From: Oscillospiraceae bacterium | GTDB taxonomy: Bacteria; Bacillota; Clostridia; Oscillospirales; Ruminococcaceae | Length of the DNA: 64,000 bases | NCBI GenBank assembly: GCA_045606085.1 | Contig: JAZURJ010000035.1 | Coordinates: 9,032-73,031 of the forward strand | Reading direction: 5' to 3' | Shown here: piece after piece, positions 9,689-18,755 of the stretch | Layout of the letters: each line of letters opens with the position of its first letter | Numbering within the stretch: position 1 is the first letter of the stretch | Notes under the pieces: model-generated | Database searches by the model: none | What the model was told of the DNA's origin: nothing | Seen by the model: only the letters and a program-made list of their open reading frames with translations | Made by a program: the position numbers and the translations under genes

Positions 9689-9850
9689 GTAGAAATTATT
9701 AACGGAGTTTCAAAAAACGAACATACACAAAACTCGTCGGCAGTGAAACACGATAAAAAATCAGATGAAACGATGGTTTTGCATTGCCTTGCGTGTTCGT
9801 TTTATCGAAAGTGTCGCTGATACCTTTATCGCTCGATATCGGATGATATA

Positions 9851-9879
9851 TTGACAAGGCATTTAAGAAATGATATGAT
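9851..9879 (+). promoter_or_regulatory. Sigma-A type promoter for the macro-domain gene
   Basis: TTGACA, 17 nt, TATGAT, with an upstream TG (extended -10). Confidence 0.6.
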
Positions 9880-9991
9880 TAAAACATAAGAATTCTGTAA
9901 AATATTATAACACTACTGCATATAATCAACATTAACACAACTGACATCATACAGCACAAAACAGACATAAAATGCGGAAAGGAGTACACAT

Positions 9992-11062
9992 ATGCCGCTT
10001 GAACTGATACGCAATGATATAACCAGAATGCAGGTGGACGCAATAGTTAATGCTGCAAACAGCTCCCTGCTCGGAGGCGGAGGCGTTGATGGTGCGATAC
10101 ACCGTGCCGCAGGTCCTGAGCTGCTTGAGGAATGCAGGACTCTTGGCGGCTGTGCAACAGGTGACGCAAAGATCACCAAGGGCTACAAGCTGCCCGCAAA
10201 GCACATCATACATACTGTCGGACCGATCTGGCACGGCGGTAATAAAGGCGAAAAGGAGCTTCTTACGTCCTGTTACAGACGCTCGCTGGAAACAGCCACC
10301 GATAACGCCTGCGAAAGCGTTGCATTTCCGCTGATATCCGCAGGCATCTACGGATACCCCAGAGCTGACGCCATACGCGTCGCAGTGGATACCATCAGCG
10401 ATTATCTGACGGCACACGACATGACAGTATACCTTGTTATCTTCGATACAGACAGCTTCGAGATAAGCTCAAAGCTGTTCAGTGATATCAGACAGTTCAT
10501 TGACGACAACTACGCCGATGAACACGATGACTTCAAATACCGCAGCAGCAGACTGGACGCTGAAAGACGTATGTTCAGGGCATTCAACAATGCTTCGATG
10601 CCATCCATAAAGCAGAAAGTCGCAGCGGATATGTACATGGCGGAGAAGGAAGTACATAATGCATCAGAGACAGTATGCTGCAACGCCGCTGCGTCAAGTC
10701 TTGAGGATGCTCTTGGCAAGCTGGATGAGAGCTTCTCGCAGATGCTGCTGAGAAAGATCGACGAAAAGGGCATTACAGATGCACAGTGCTACAAAAAAGC
10801 AAACATCGACCGAAAGCTGTTCTCGAAGATCCGCGGAGATATCCACTACCGCCCCAGCAAGCCGACAGTTCTGGCATTCGCAATAGCTCTGGAGCTTCCG
10901 CTGAACGAAACTAAGGATATGCTGATGAAGGCAGGGTATGCACTATCTCGTTCCAGCAAGAGCGATATCATCGTGGAATACTTCATACAGCACGGAAACT
11001 ACAACATCTTTGAGATAAACGAGGCACTCTTTGCATTCGATCAGAGCCTGCTGGGTGCATAA
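9992..11062 (+). CDS. Macro-domain (ADP-ribose binding/hydrolase, YmdB/MacroD-like) protein with C-terminal HTH-like domain
   Basis: N-terminus [26 protein letters not shown] and [15 protein letters not shown] are classic macro motifs. The C-terminal ~110 aa ([23 protein letters not shown]...[11 protein letters not shown]) looks like an XRE-type HTH. RBS GGAAAGGAG. Confidence 0.85.
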   Translation: MPLELIRNDITRMQVDAIVNAANSSLLGGGGVDGAIHRAAGPELLEECRTLGGCATGDAKITKGYKLPAKHIIHTVGPIWHGGNKGEKELLTSCYRRSLETATDNACESVAFPLISAGIYGYPRADAIRVAVDTISDYLTAHDMTVYLVIFDTDSFEISSKLFSDIRQFIDDNYADEHDDFKYRSSRLDAERRMFRAFNNASMPSIKQKVAADMYMAEKEVHNASETVCCNAAASSLEDALGKLDESFSQMLLRKIDEKGITDAQCYKKANIDRKLFSKIRGDIHYRPSKPTVLAFAIALELPLNETKDMLMKAGYALSRSSKSDIIVEYFIQHGNYNIFEINEALFAFDQSLLGA

Positions 11063-11158
11063 ATAAAATGTCGCCTTGAAAGCGACCATTTGTCCCGTGA
11101 TATATTATAGAATATGGTTGTAAGGAAAACACAGACCATATTTCAGGAGGTATATCAC

Positions 11159-11806
11159 ATGAAAAACAACATCACAGAGATCGTATTCATCCTTGACCGC
11201 AGCGGTTCCATGAGCGGCCTTGAGAGCGACACCATCGGCGGCTTCAACTCCATGCTGAAGAAGCAGCGTAACGAGGAAGGCACAGCATTTGTTTCAACGG
11301 TACTCTTCAACGACCGCAGCGTGGTGCTCCATGACAGAGCTCCGATCGAAAAGGTAGAGCAGATGACCGAGAGAGATTATGTGCCCTGCGGCTCCACTGC
11401 CCTGCTGGACGCTATCGGCGGTGCGATCCACCACATCGGCAACGTACATAAGTACGCAAGGAAAGAGGATATTCCCGAAAACACCATCTTCATCATCACG
11501 ACGGACGGCATGGAAAATGCAAGCCACATCTACTCCTCTGCAAAGGTCAAGAAGATGATAGAACGCCAGAAGGAAAGATACGGCTGGGAGTTCCTTTTCC
11601 TCGGTGCGAACATAGATGCAGTGGAAACCGCAAGGCACATCGGTATATCCGAGGACAGGGCAGCAAACTACTGCTGCGACGAGGCTGGTACTGAGCTGAA
11701 TTACAGAGCTGTCACGGATGCCATATCTCAGGTGAGATGCTCAAAGCCACTCTCGGCAAGCTGGAAAAAGTCCATTGACGAGGACTATAACAGACGCGGA
11801 AAATGA
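11159..11806 (+). CDS. Small cytoplasmic von Willebrand factor A (vWA) domain protein
   Basis: MIDAS motif FILDRSGSMSG, a later GSTAL and ITTDGMEN. No signal peptide. RBS AGGAGG. ATG at 11159 lies inside ORF 11114..11806. Confidence 0.85.
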   Translation: MKNNITEIVFILDRSGSMSGLESDTIGGFNSMLKKQRNEEGTAFVSTVLFNDRSVVLHDRAPIEKVEQMTERDYVPCGSTALLDAIGGAIHHIGNVHKYARKEDIPENTIFIITTDGMENASHIYSSAKVKKMIERQKERYGWEFLFLGANIDAVETARHIGISEDRAANYCCDEAGTELNYRAVTDAISQVRCSKPLSASWKKSIDEDYNRRGK

Positions 11807-11821
11807 TAACAAATAGCACTG

Positions 11822-11853
11822 ACCGCCGTAGCTACCGCTGCGGCGGTTTCTGT
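11822..11853 (+). terminator. Probable terminator after the vWA gene
   Basis: ACCGCCG / CGGCGGT stem followed by TTCTGT. Confidence 0.5.
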
Positions 11854-11964
11854 ATGCAAAATAGATTTGTACGATTTTTCTGACGATATATAATATACAT
11901 TTCACAGGCATGATGATATACTTTACTTGTATGTTATTTTTTAACTGTTCCAAGGTGGTATATC

Positions 11965-13761
11965 ATGAGTTCGAAGAAAAAACACAGTGCATTTGAGGCT
12001 GATTCCGAAATAGTACTGGACAGCTTCAGACGCAACAAGGACAACAAGCTGAAAACGCTGCTTGGTCTGTATAAAGGAAACTACTTCCGCCTGTTTATGG
12101 CGGTTCTGCTGTTTGCTGTGAAGCACTGCCCTGTCTGGGTGCTTCCTATCGCAACAGCAAATATAATCAATATTGCGACCGACCCTGATGAGAATGCTCT
12201 GAGGAACATCATCATAAACGTCGTGATAATGGTGGTGCTTGTGGCACAGAACGTGCTGTCCAACTACTTCCATGTGTCGTTCTATTCAAAGGCGATACGC
12301 AGCGTGGAGGCAGGTCTTCGCAGTACCATGGTCACAAAGCTGCAGAAGCTTTCTATGACATTTCACAACGAAATACAATCGGGACGTCTTCAGTCAAAGA
12401 TAATCCGTGATGTTGAACAGATAGAGGGTCTTTCTTCCCAGATATTCATTTCAGTGCTCAGCATCATCATGAATATCATCGTGGCATTCATCGTTGTGGT
12501 AAGCTCGTCACTGACAGTGTTCCTGTTCTTCCTCGGCACGATACCTGTTGCGGTCATCATCCGGACAGTATTCCGCCGCTCCGTCAATGCACGCAACCGT
12601 GAGCTGCGTAAGGAAATGGAAGAAACTACTGTCAGCGTTGTCGAGATGGTAGAGCTTATCCCTGTTACACGTGCACACGCTCTGGAGGATGTGGAAACAA
12701 GAAAGCTGAACACGCAGCTCAAAAAGACAGCGGAAAAGGGCTTCAGACTTGATGTTATCCAGAGCCTTTTCGGTTCGATAAGCTGGGCTTCGTTCCAGAT
12801 ATTCCAGGTAGTATGTCTCGGATTTACAGGATACCTTGCGGCAAGGGGCACTATCCTCCCCGGTGACGTCGTGATGTACCAGACATATTTCTCCACCATC
12901 GTAAATCAGGTGAGTGGTATCATCACACTGATGCCGATAATCGCAAAGGGCATGGAGGCTATCACCTCCGTCGGCGAGGTACTGCTCAGCGAGGATCTTG
13001 AGGAGCCAGAGGAAAAGCCCGATATCGGGAACGTAACAGGAAACATCGAATTCAGAAACGTAACATTCCAGTTCCACGATGCAGATACTCCTGTCCTGAA
13101 GGATCTGAGCTTCAGCGTAAACTCGGGCGAGACCATCGCCTTCGTCGGTGCATCTGGTGCTGGTAAAACGACGATACTCAACCTGCTCATAGGTTTTCTC
13201 AGAGCACAATCGGGTCAGATACTCATAGACGGCAGAAACATCGAGGATTTCAGCCTGAAGAGCTATCGAGAGCATATTGCGGTCGTTCCTCAGAATGCGA
13301 TCATCTTCACAGGCACAATCCGTGAGAATATCACTTACGGCGAGGAGGATGTGGACGATGAATTCCTCAACGAGGTGGTGAAATCAGCCAATCTCGATGA
13401 GCTGATAGCATCGCTGCCAGACGGTCTGGATACAAAGATAAACGAGCACGGTGCAAATCTTTCGGGCGGACAGCGTCAGAGAGTATCCATCGCACGCGCG
13501 TTTATACGCAATCCTAAGATACTTATCCTGGATGAGGCTACGTCCGCCCTGGATACGGTATCCGAACGAAAGATACAGGAGAGTGTTGACAAGCTGGTGC
13601 AGAACAGAACTACTCTGATAGTCGCACACAGGCTCTCTACCATAAGAAACGCAGACAGGATCGCTGTTATAGGCGACGGTGGTCTGCTGGAATTCGGCAC
13701 CTTCGATGAGCTGATGGACAAGAAGGGCGAATTCTATCACATGAGAACTTTACAGGGATGA
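11965..13761 (+). CDS. ABC exporter, fused permease/ATPase (MsbA/type IV exporter fold)
   Basis: 6-TM N-terminal half, Walker A GASGAGKTT, signature LSGGQRQRVSIARA, Walker B LILDEATSALD. Confidence 0.9.
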   Translation: MSSKKKHSAFEADSEIVLDSFRRNKDNKLKTLLGLYKGNYFRLFMAVLLFAVKHCPVWVLPIATANIINIATDPDENALRNIIINVVIMVVLVAQNVLSNYFHVSFYSKAIRSVEAGLRSTMVTKLQKLSMTFHNEIQSGRLQSKIIRDVEQIEGLSSQIFISVLSIIMNIIVAFIVVVSSSLTVFLFFLGTIPVAVIIRTVFRRSVNARNRELRKEMEETTVSVVEMVELIPVTRAHALEDVETRKLNTQLKKTAEKGFRLDVIQSLFGSISWASFQIFQVVCLGFTGYLAARGTILPGDVVMYQTYFSTIVNQVSGIITLMPIIAKGMEAITSVGEVLLSEDLEEPEEKPDIGNVTGNIEFRNVTFQFHDADTPVLKDLSFSVNSGETIAFVGASGAGKTTILNLLIGFLRAQSGQILIDGRNIEDFSLKSYREHIAVVPQNAIIFTGTIRENITYGEEDVDDEFLNEVVKSANLDELIASLPDGLDTKINEHGANLSGGQRQRVSIARAFIRNPKILILDEATSALDTVSERKIQESVDKLVQNRTTLIVAHRLSTIRNADRIAVIGDGGLLEFGTFDELMDKKGEFYHMRTLQG

Positions 13762-13765
13762 TGAT

Positions 13766-14494
13766 ATGAGCTATATTCAGAGCTTCCGCAGGTACGAAAC
13801 AAAGTACCTGATAACGGAAAAACAGGCAGAAAAGCTTCTGGAGTTGGCGGGCGATCTTCTCACGCCCGACCGCTACGGAGATTACACCATATGCAACCTA
13901 TATCTCGACACGGATGATTTCTACTTCATCCAACGCTCGCTGGACAAACCCAAGTACAAGGAAAAGCTCAGGCTGAGAAGCTACGGGAATGCAGACGATC
14001 AGCAGCAGGTATTCCTTGAGATAAAGAAAAAGTATCGCGGCGTCGTTTATAAACGCAGGATCACTCTTCCCTGCACCGAAGCCATGGATTACATACAAAA
14101 CGGCGTCAAGCCGCCTTCGGTAAATACACCGCTGGCAGAACAGATATTCTCGGAGATAGATTTCCTGATGAAACGGTTCAAGCCTTCGCCGAAGGTATAT
14201 CTTGCATACGACAGACTGGCGTTCTTCTCGAAAAAATATCCGCAGCTGCGTGTTACCCTCGACAACAGGATCCGCAGCCGCTGGGATGACCTCACACTTG
14301 CAAGCGATGAGGACATCTTTTTTCTGGACACGAAAGTAAACGATTACCGACTGATGGAGATCAAATCGGACGGAGCGATACCTGTTGAGCTGACCGAGAT
14401 ACTCTCAAAACTTTGCATCTATCCCACATCTTTCTCGAAATACGGCAATATTTATATGAACGCTGTCCGCAGCGGAAAGGAAATACTGACATGA
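13766..14494 (+). CDS. VTC-domain (Vtc4-like polyphosphate polymerase / triphosphate-tunnel) protein
   Basis: SFRRYETKYLI start, KEKLRLRSY, FLEIKKKYRGVVYKRR and MEIKSDG: the alternating basic/acidic beta-strand pattern typical of CYTH/TTM VTC domains. Starts 4 nt after the ABC exporter stop. Confidence 0.75.
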   Translation: MSYIQSFRRYETKYLITEKQAEKLLELAGDLLTPDRYGDYTICNLYLDTDDFYFIQRSLDKPKYKEKLRLRSYGNADDQQQVFLEIKKKYRGVVYKRRITLPCTEAMDYIQNGVKPPSVNTPLAEQIFSEIDFLMKRFKPSPKVYLAYDRLAFFSKKYPQLRVTLDNRIRSRWDDLTLASDEDIFFLDTKVNDYRLMEIKSDGAIPVELTEILSKLCIYPTSFSKYGNIYMNAVRSGKEILT

Positions 14495-15162
14495 CAGAAT
14501 TTATCTTTAGCAAGACCGACATACTTTCCGGCTTCCCCACTGTTCTCGCTTCCATTGGAATCACGCTGCTGTGCGGCGTTATCTGTGCTTTGGCATACAG
14601 ATTTGGTGCTGATCGTCCCTCCAAGTACATGATCATAACATCGCTCATAATGCCGACTATCGTTGCTGCTGTGATAACGATGGTAAACGGCAGCATCGGA
14701 GCAGGCGTTGCCGCTGCAGGTGCTTTCAGCCTCGTGCGTTTCCGCTCCGTTCCCGGCAGCTCCCGTGATATCTGTATGCTCTTCATGGGTATGGCGGCAG
14801 GTCTTGTTGCCGGCATGGGCTTCATCGGCTATGCACTGGGACTTACGATATTACTGGCAGTGGTTGTGATCGCTGCTGAGCTGCTTCTTCCCGGTGCAAA
14901 AAACCGCAGACAGCTCAAAATATCCGTCCCCGAGGATCTCGACTACAACGGCGTTTTCGATGAGGTGATAAAGGAATACACCACATACAGCAGACTTGAC
15001 CACGTAAAGACAGTACGCATGGGTACCATGTACGAACTTGTATATGAGATACACATGAAAAAAAGTGCTTCCGAAAAGGAAATGATCGATAAGCTGAGAT
15101 GCCGCAACGGAAACCTTACGATCTCACTCGGAATGGTCCCTGACACCAAGGACGAACTATAA
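14491..15162 (+). CDS. DUF4956-type membrane protein (4 TM segments plus a cytoplasmic C-terminal domain)
   Basis: ATG at 14491 overlaps the VTC gene stop (ATGA). Hydrophobic N-terminal half, with LVRFRSVPGSSRD between helices. Recalled as the usual partner of bacterial VTC-domain genes. Confidence 0.7.
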   Translation: MTEFIFSKTDILSGFPTVLASIGITLLCGVICALAYRFGADRPSKYMIITSLIMPTIVAAVITMVNGSIGAGVAAAGAFSLVRFRSVPGSSRDICMLFMGMAAGLVAGMGFIGYALGLTILLAVVVIAAELLLPGAKNRRQLKISVPEDLDYNGVFDEVIKEYTTYSRLDHVKTVRMGTMYELVYEIHMKKSASEKEMIDKLRCRNGNLTISLGMVPDTKDEL

Positions 15163-15175
15163 GAAAGGAGCCATC

Positions 15176-17167
15176 ATGTGTAACAGAAAAACACTTCAGA
15201 TAGCCTCCCTGCTGATAGCGGCCGTCTTGCTGACAGGATGCTCCGACATTGCAACTTCACAAGAAAGCGAAAGCAGCATCTCAACTGACACTTCCACATC
15301 ACAGATTGGCACCGTTGAGGATGTGACCACAGAAAGTTCCGAGGCTCTGCCCGAGAACGAGGAAAAACCAACTCTTCCGCCGTCTGTTCAGCTTTCGCAG
15401 GAAAGCGGCATATACGCTGAGCAGTTTCAGCTGACACTTACCGCACTGGAAGACGGTACAGTATACTACACACTCGACGGCAGCGACCCAGCCACAAGCA
15501 GCACCGCGATCGAATACACCACTCCCATTACAATCACTGACAGAAAGGACGCTGTAAACGTAGTGTCCGCTGTTGACCCTCTTGAGATAGCGGGCAGCTT
15601 CAACAAGCCAAACAAGGACAGAAACGGCTTTGTCAGCGAACTGGCTGCTCCCGATGATGAAGCTGTTGTCAAGTGCACTGTCATCCGAAGTGCCGTAAAG
15701 CTCAGCGATGGCACATTTGCAGGAGAAACAGCCGCAACATATTTCATCGGCACACCGGAGGAACACATTGCAGGTCTTGCGGAGAGCTGTGCCGCATCAG
15801 GAACAAGCCTTGCAGTGATAAGCCTTTCCATGAATTACGATGACCTATTCGACGAAGAACAGGGCATCTACGTCAAGGGCAGCATCTTTGACAAGGCACT
15901 GGAAGAGTTCCTTGCCGAGAATAAACGTGTCCGTGACGGAGAGACCGCACGCTCACTGGACGCAAACTACAAGCAGCGTGGCAGAGAATGGGAACGAACA
16001 GCTTCTATGGTAATGTTCGAATTTGACGAAAACGGTGCAACGCAGGTTCTTAATCAGAACTGCGGAGTGAGAGTACAGGGAAACTACTCCCGTTCCGATG
16101 TGCAGAAGGGTCTGCGTCTTTATGCACGCAAGGAATATGGCGACAAGAATTTCCGCTATGCCGTGTTCGGCGAGGATTACGTTAATGACGGCGGAGATGT
16201 GATGGACAAGTACAAGACACTGGTGCTGAGAGCTGGTGGCAACTGTGCTTTCCTGGCAAAGTTCAACGATACGTTCTGGCAGTCGCTGCTGCATGAATCC
16301 GCCTGCGACACCAAGCATTCAAGACCCTGCGTTGTATATCTCAACGGCGAGTACTGGGGTCTGTACGTGCTTGAAGAGGATTACTCCAATGACTATTTCG
16401 AGGATGTACACGGTGTAAACAAGGATAATGTCGTCGTATACAAGGGCGATGCAGAAACCTACGAACTCGGATACAAGCTGGACGAGGGTAAGATACCCGA
16501 CGGCGAGGATGAGGATTACTACTTCAATGAGCTGCTGAGCTTCTTCGATACACACAGCGATCTGAAAAATCAGGCTGATTACGATAAATTCGTAAAGCTG
16601 GTGGACCCCGAATCCGTCCGTGATTACTTTGCTGTAAACGTATGGATAAACAACAAATGGGACTGGCCGGGCAAGAACTGGTCGATGTGGCGTGTTACAG
16701 TTCCCGAGGAGAACGACAATCCCTACGGCGACGGCAGATGGCGTTTCACACTGTACGACATTGAATTCGGCGGTGTCAGCGGAGGCGGCGATGCACGTGC
16801 CATGACGATAAAGGAGGCAAATTACAAGACGAACGGTCTTCTCGACATGGACACAAACAATCCTGCAGTTCTGTGTTTTGCTTACCTCATGACCAACGAA
16901 GGCTTCCGCAACGATTACTACGACCGCCTGCTGGGTCTTGCAGAGAACGAATTTGAAAAGACTGCCGCTCTCGCAAGGTTGTCTGAATTTGAAAGCAGCT
17001 ACGGTCCGCTGTTCGATCAGTTCTTCCTGAGATATCCTGAAACAGGTTCCACTGAGGACGCACTTAACGGCGGCTACGGAAGTGCAGCCTGCCTGCGTGA
17101 CTTCATAAGCCAGCGTAGCGGAAACATACAGAGAATGATCGACTGGTGCGAGAAAACACTCAACTGA
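15176..17167 (+). CDS. Secreted lipoprotein with CotH kinase-family domain and N-terminal chitobiase/Fn3-associated-like domain
   Basis: Lipobox LLTGCS. YYTLDGSDPATSS motif. CotH-like blocks LVLRAGGN and EYWGLYVLEEDYSNDYF. RBS AAAGGAG. Confidence 0.8.
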   Translation: MCNRKTLQIASLLIAAVLLTGCSDIATSQESESSISTDTSTSQIGTVEDVTTESSEALPENEEKPTLPPSVQLSQESGIYAEQFQLTLTALEDGTVYYTLDGSDPATSSTAIEYTTPITITDRKDAVNVVSAVDPLEIAGSFNKPNKDRNGFVSELAAPDDEAVVKCTVIRSAVKLSDGTFAGETAATYFIGTPEEHIAGLAESCAASGTSLAVISLSMNYDDLFDEEQGIYVKGSIFDKALEEFLAENKRVRDGETARSLDANYKQRGREWERTASMVMFEFDENGATQVLNQNCGVRVQGNYSRSDVQKGLRLYARKEYGDKNFRYAVFGEDYVNDGGDVMDKYKTLVLRAGGNCAFLAKFNDTFWQSLLHESACDTKHSRPCVVYLNGEYWGLYVLEEDYSNDYFEDVHGVNKDNVVVYKGDAETYELGYKLDEGKIPDGEDEDYYFNELLSFFDTHSDLKNQADYDKFVKLVDPESVRDYFAVNVWINNKWDWPGKNWSMWRVTVPEENDNPYGDGRWRFTLYDIEFGGVSGGGDARAMTIKEANYKTNGLLDMDTNNPAVLCFAYLMTNEGFRNDYYDRLLGLAENEFEKTAALARLSEFESSYGPLFDQFFLRYPETGSTEDALNGGYGSAACLRDFISQRSGNIQRMIDWCEKTLN

Positions 17168-17175
17168 TAATAACT

Positions 17176-17203
17176 ATACCCCGTGGACTCACGGGGTATT
17201 TTT
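17176..17203 (+). terminator. Rho-independent terminator after the CotH gene
   Basis: ATACCCCGTG / CACGGGGTAT stem followed by TTTT. Confidence 0.85.
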
Positions 17204-17263
17204 GCGTATAAAAAGGTATAAGAGGGGGATATTAACATATACGAACAGAAAGGAGGAGGGCAT

Positions 17264-18754
17264 ATGTCACAGGACAGGATACACACTAATCTCCCCTCTT
17301 GTACTCAGATAGATACAGACCTTGACAAAAACCTATCCAACATAAAGCTGATGACAGGCGGCTCATCGGATGTGGTGGTGAAGCCTGCACTGGTGTGCGG
17401 CAACAGGATAGCAGTGGTGACAACTGAAGGTATGACAGGCGTTACCACACTGGCTGCACTTGTTTACGAAAAGCTGAACGATCTTGATGGAAGAGGATCG
17501 CTGCCACCGTCTGAACTGGTCGAAAACTTCTTCAACTCGTATCTTATAGCTGCACAGCAGCTCGACGTCAAGGATCTCGGTGACCTCTGCTGGAAGCTGG
17601 AGAGCGGTTTTGCGATACTTCTCACCAACGGAAGTTCACGTGCTATCGCCATCGGAGTACAGGGTTTCCAGTACCGCAGCGTAGGAGAGCCATCTACCGA
17701 AAACGATGTGCGTGGCTCGCGTGAGGGTTTCGTGGAGGTAATACGCTTCAACATGGGACTTGTAAGGCGGCGTATCAAGTCACCGACGCTGGTATTCGAG
17801 ATGTCGCAGTTAGGAGATCGCAGCAAAACGGATGTCTGCCTGTGTTATCTCAGCGACAAGGTATCGCCCGCACTGCTGAAGAACGTCAGGAACAGATTGA
17901 AACAGGTAAAGCTGAACACGATTCTTGAAAGCGGATATATACAGCCTTATCTTGAGGGCAAGGGCGGCTGGTTCTTTTCGGAATGCGGCACGTGCGAACG
18001 CCCCGACAGTCTTGCAGCCAAGCTGTACGAAGGCAGGGTCGGTATACTTGTGGACGGAACACCGTTTGCACTGGTAGTTCCGTATCTGTTCATCGAGAGC
18101 TTTCAGACGATGGATGACTACGCACAAAAGCCTTTTTACGCTACCTTTATACGTTTCGTGCGGCTGGCAGCATATCTTATCACGATATTTCTTCCCGGTG
18201 CATATGTAGCGATAGCATCGTTCAGCCCCGAGATGCTGCCGTCAGCCCTGATACTGAATCTTGCGGCAGCGGAACAGACCGCTCCATTCTCGCTGATGAT
18301 GGAATGTCTGCTTATACATTTCATGTACGAGATACTCCGTGAGGCAGGCATACGACTTCCACGCCCGATCGGCCATGCGATAGGCGTCGTTGGCGGTCTG
18401 GTCATCGGAGATATAACTGTTAACGCAGGGCTTGTGGGTGCACCGATGGTGCTTGTAGTCGCATTGTCGGGACTGTGCAGCTTTGTCGTGCCGTCACAAT
18501 ACGAAAGGACCGTTGTGCTGCGTTTTCTGTACATCGTTGCAGGCGGAATATTCGGGCTGTTCGGGCTGTTTCTTGCGGCGGCTGCGGTAATAATCAAGAT
18601 GTGCAGCATCAACACCTACGGAGTGCCGTATATGTCGCCGCTGTCACCCTTTACGCCATCAGCAAGCCGTGATATGCTCGTGCGTGCAGGATGGAAGCAG
18701 CTTGCGGGAACAGATATCTCGCTTGATGACCTTAACGGCTCAGAGGAGGTGTGA
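17264..18754 (+). CDS. Spore germination protein, GerA/GerKA family (A subunit)
   Basis: Family-typical blocks VRGSREGFVE, RRRIKSP, GRVGILVDGTP, and a C-terminal membrane region. RBS AAAGGAGGAGGG. Confidence 0.9.
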   Translation: MSQDRIHTNLPSCTQIDTDLDKNLSNIKLMTGGSSDVVVKPALVCGNRIAVVTTEGMTGVTTLAALVYEKLNDLDGRGSLPPSELVENFFNSYLIAAQQLDVKDLGDLCWKLESGFAILLTNGSSRAIAIGVQGFQYRSVGEPSTENDVRGSREGFVEVIRFNMGLVRRRIKSPTLVFEMSQLGDRSKTDVCLCYLSDKVSPALLKNVRNRLKQVKLNTILESGYIQPYLEGKGGWFFSECGTCERPDSLAAKLYEGRVGILVDGTPFALVVPYLFIESFQTMDDYAQKPFYATFIRFVRLAAYLITIFLPGAYVAIASFSPEMLPSALILNLAAAEQTAPFSLMMECLLIHFMYEILREAGIRLPRPIGHAIGVVGGLVIGDITVNAGLVGAPMVLVVALSGLCSFVVPSQYERTVVLRFLYIVAGGIFGLFGLFLAAAAVIIKMCSINTYGVPYMSPLSPFTPSASRDMLVRAGWKQLAGTDISLDDLNGSEEV

Positions 18755-18755
18755 T

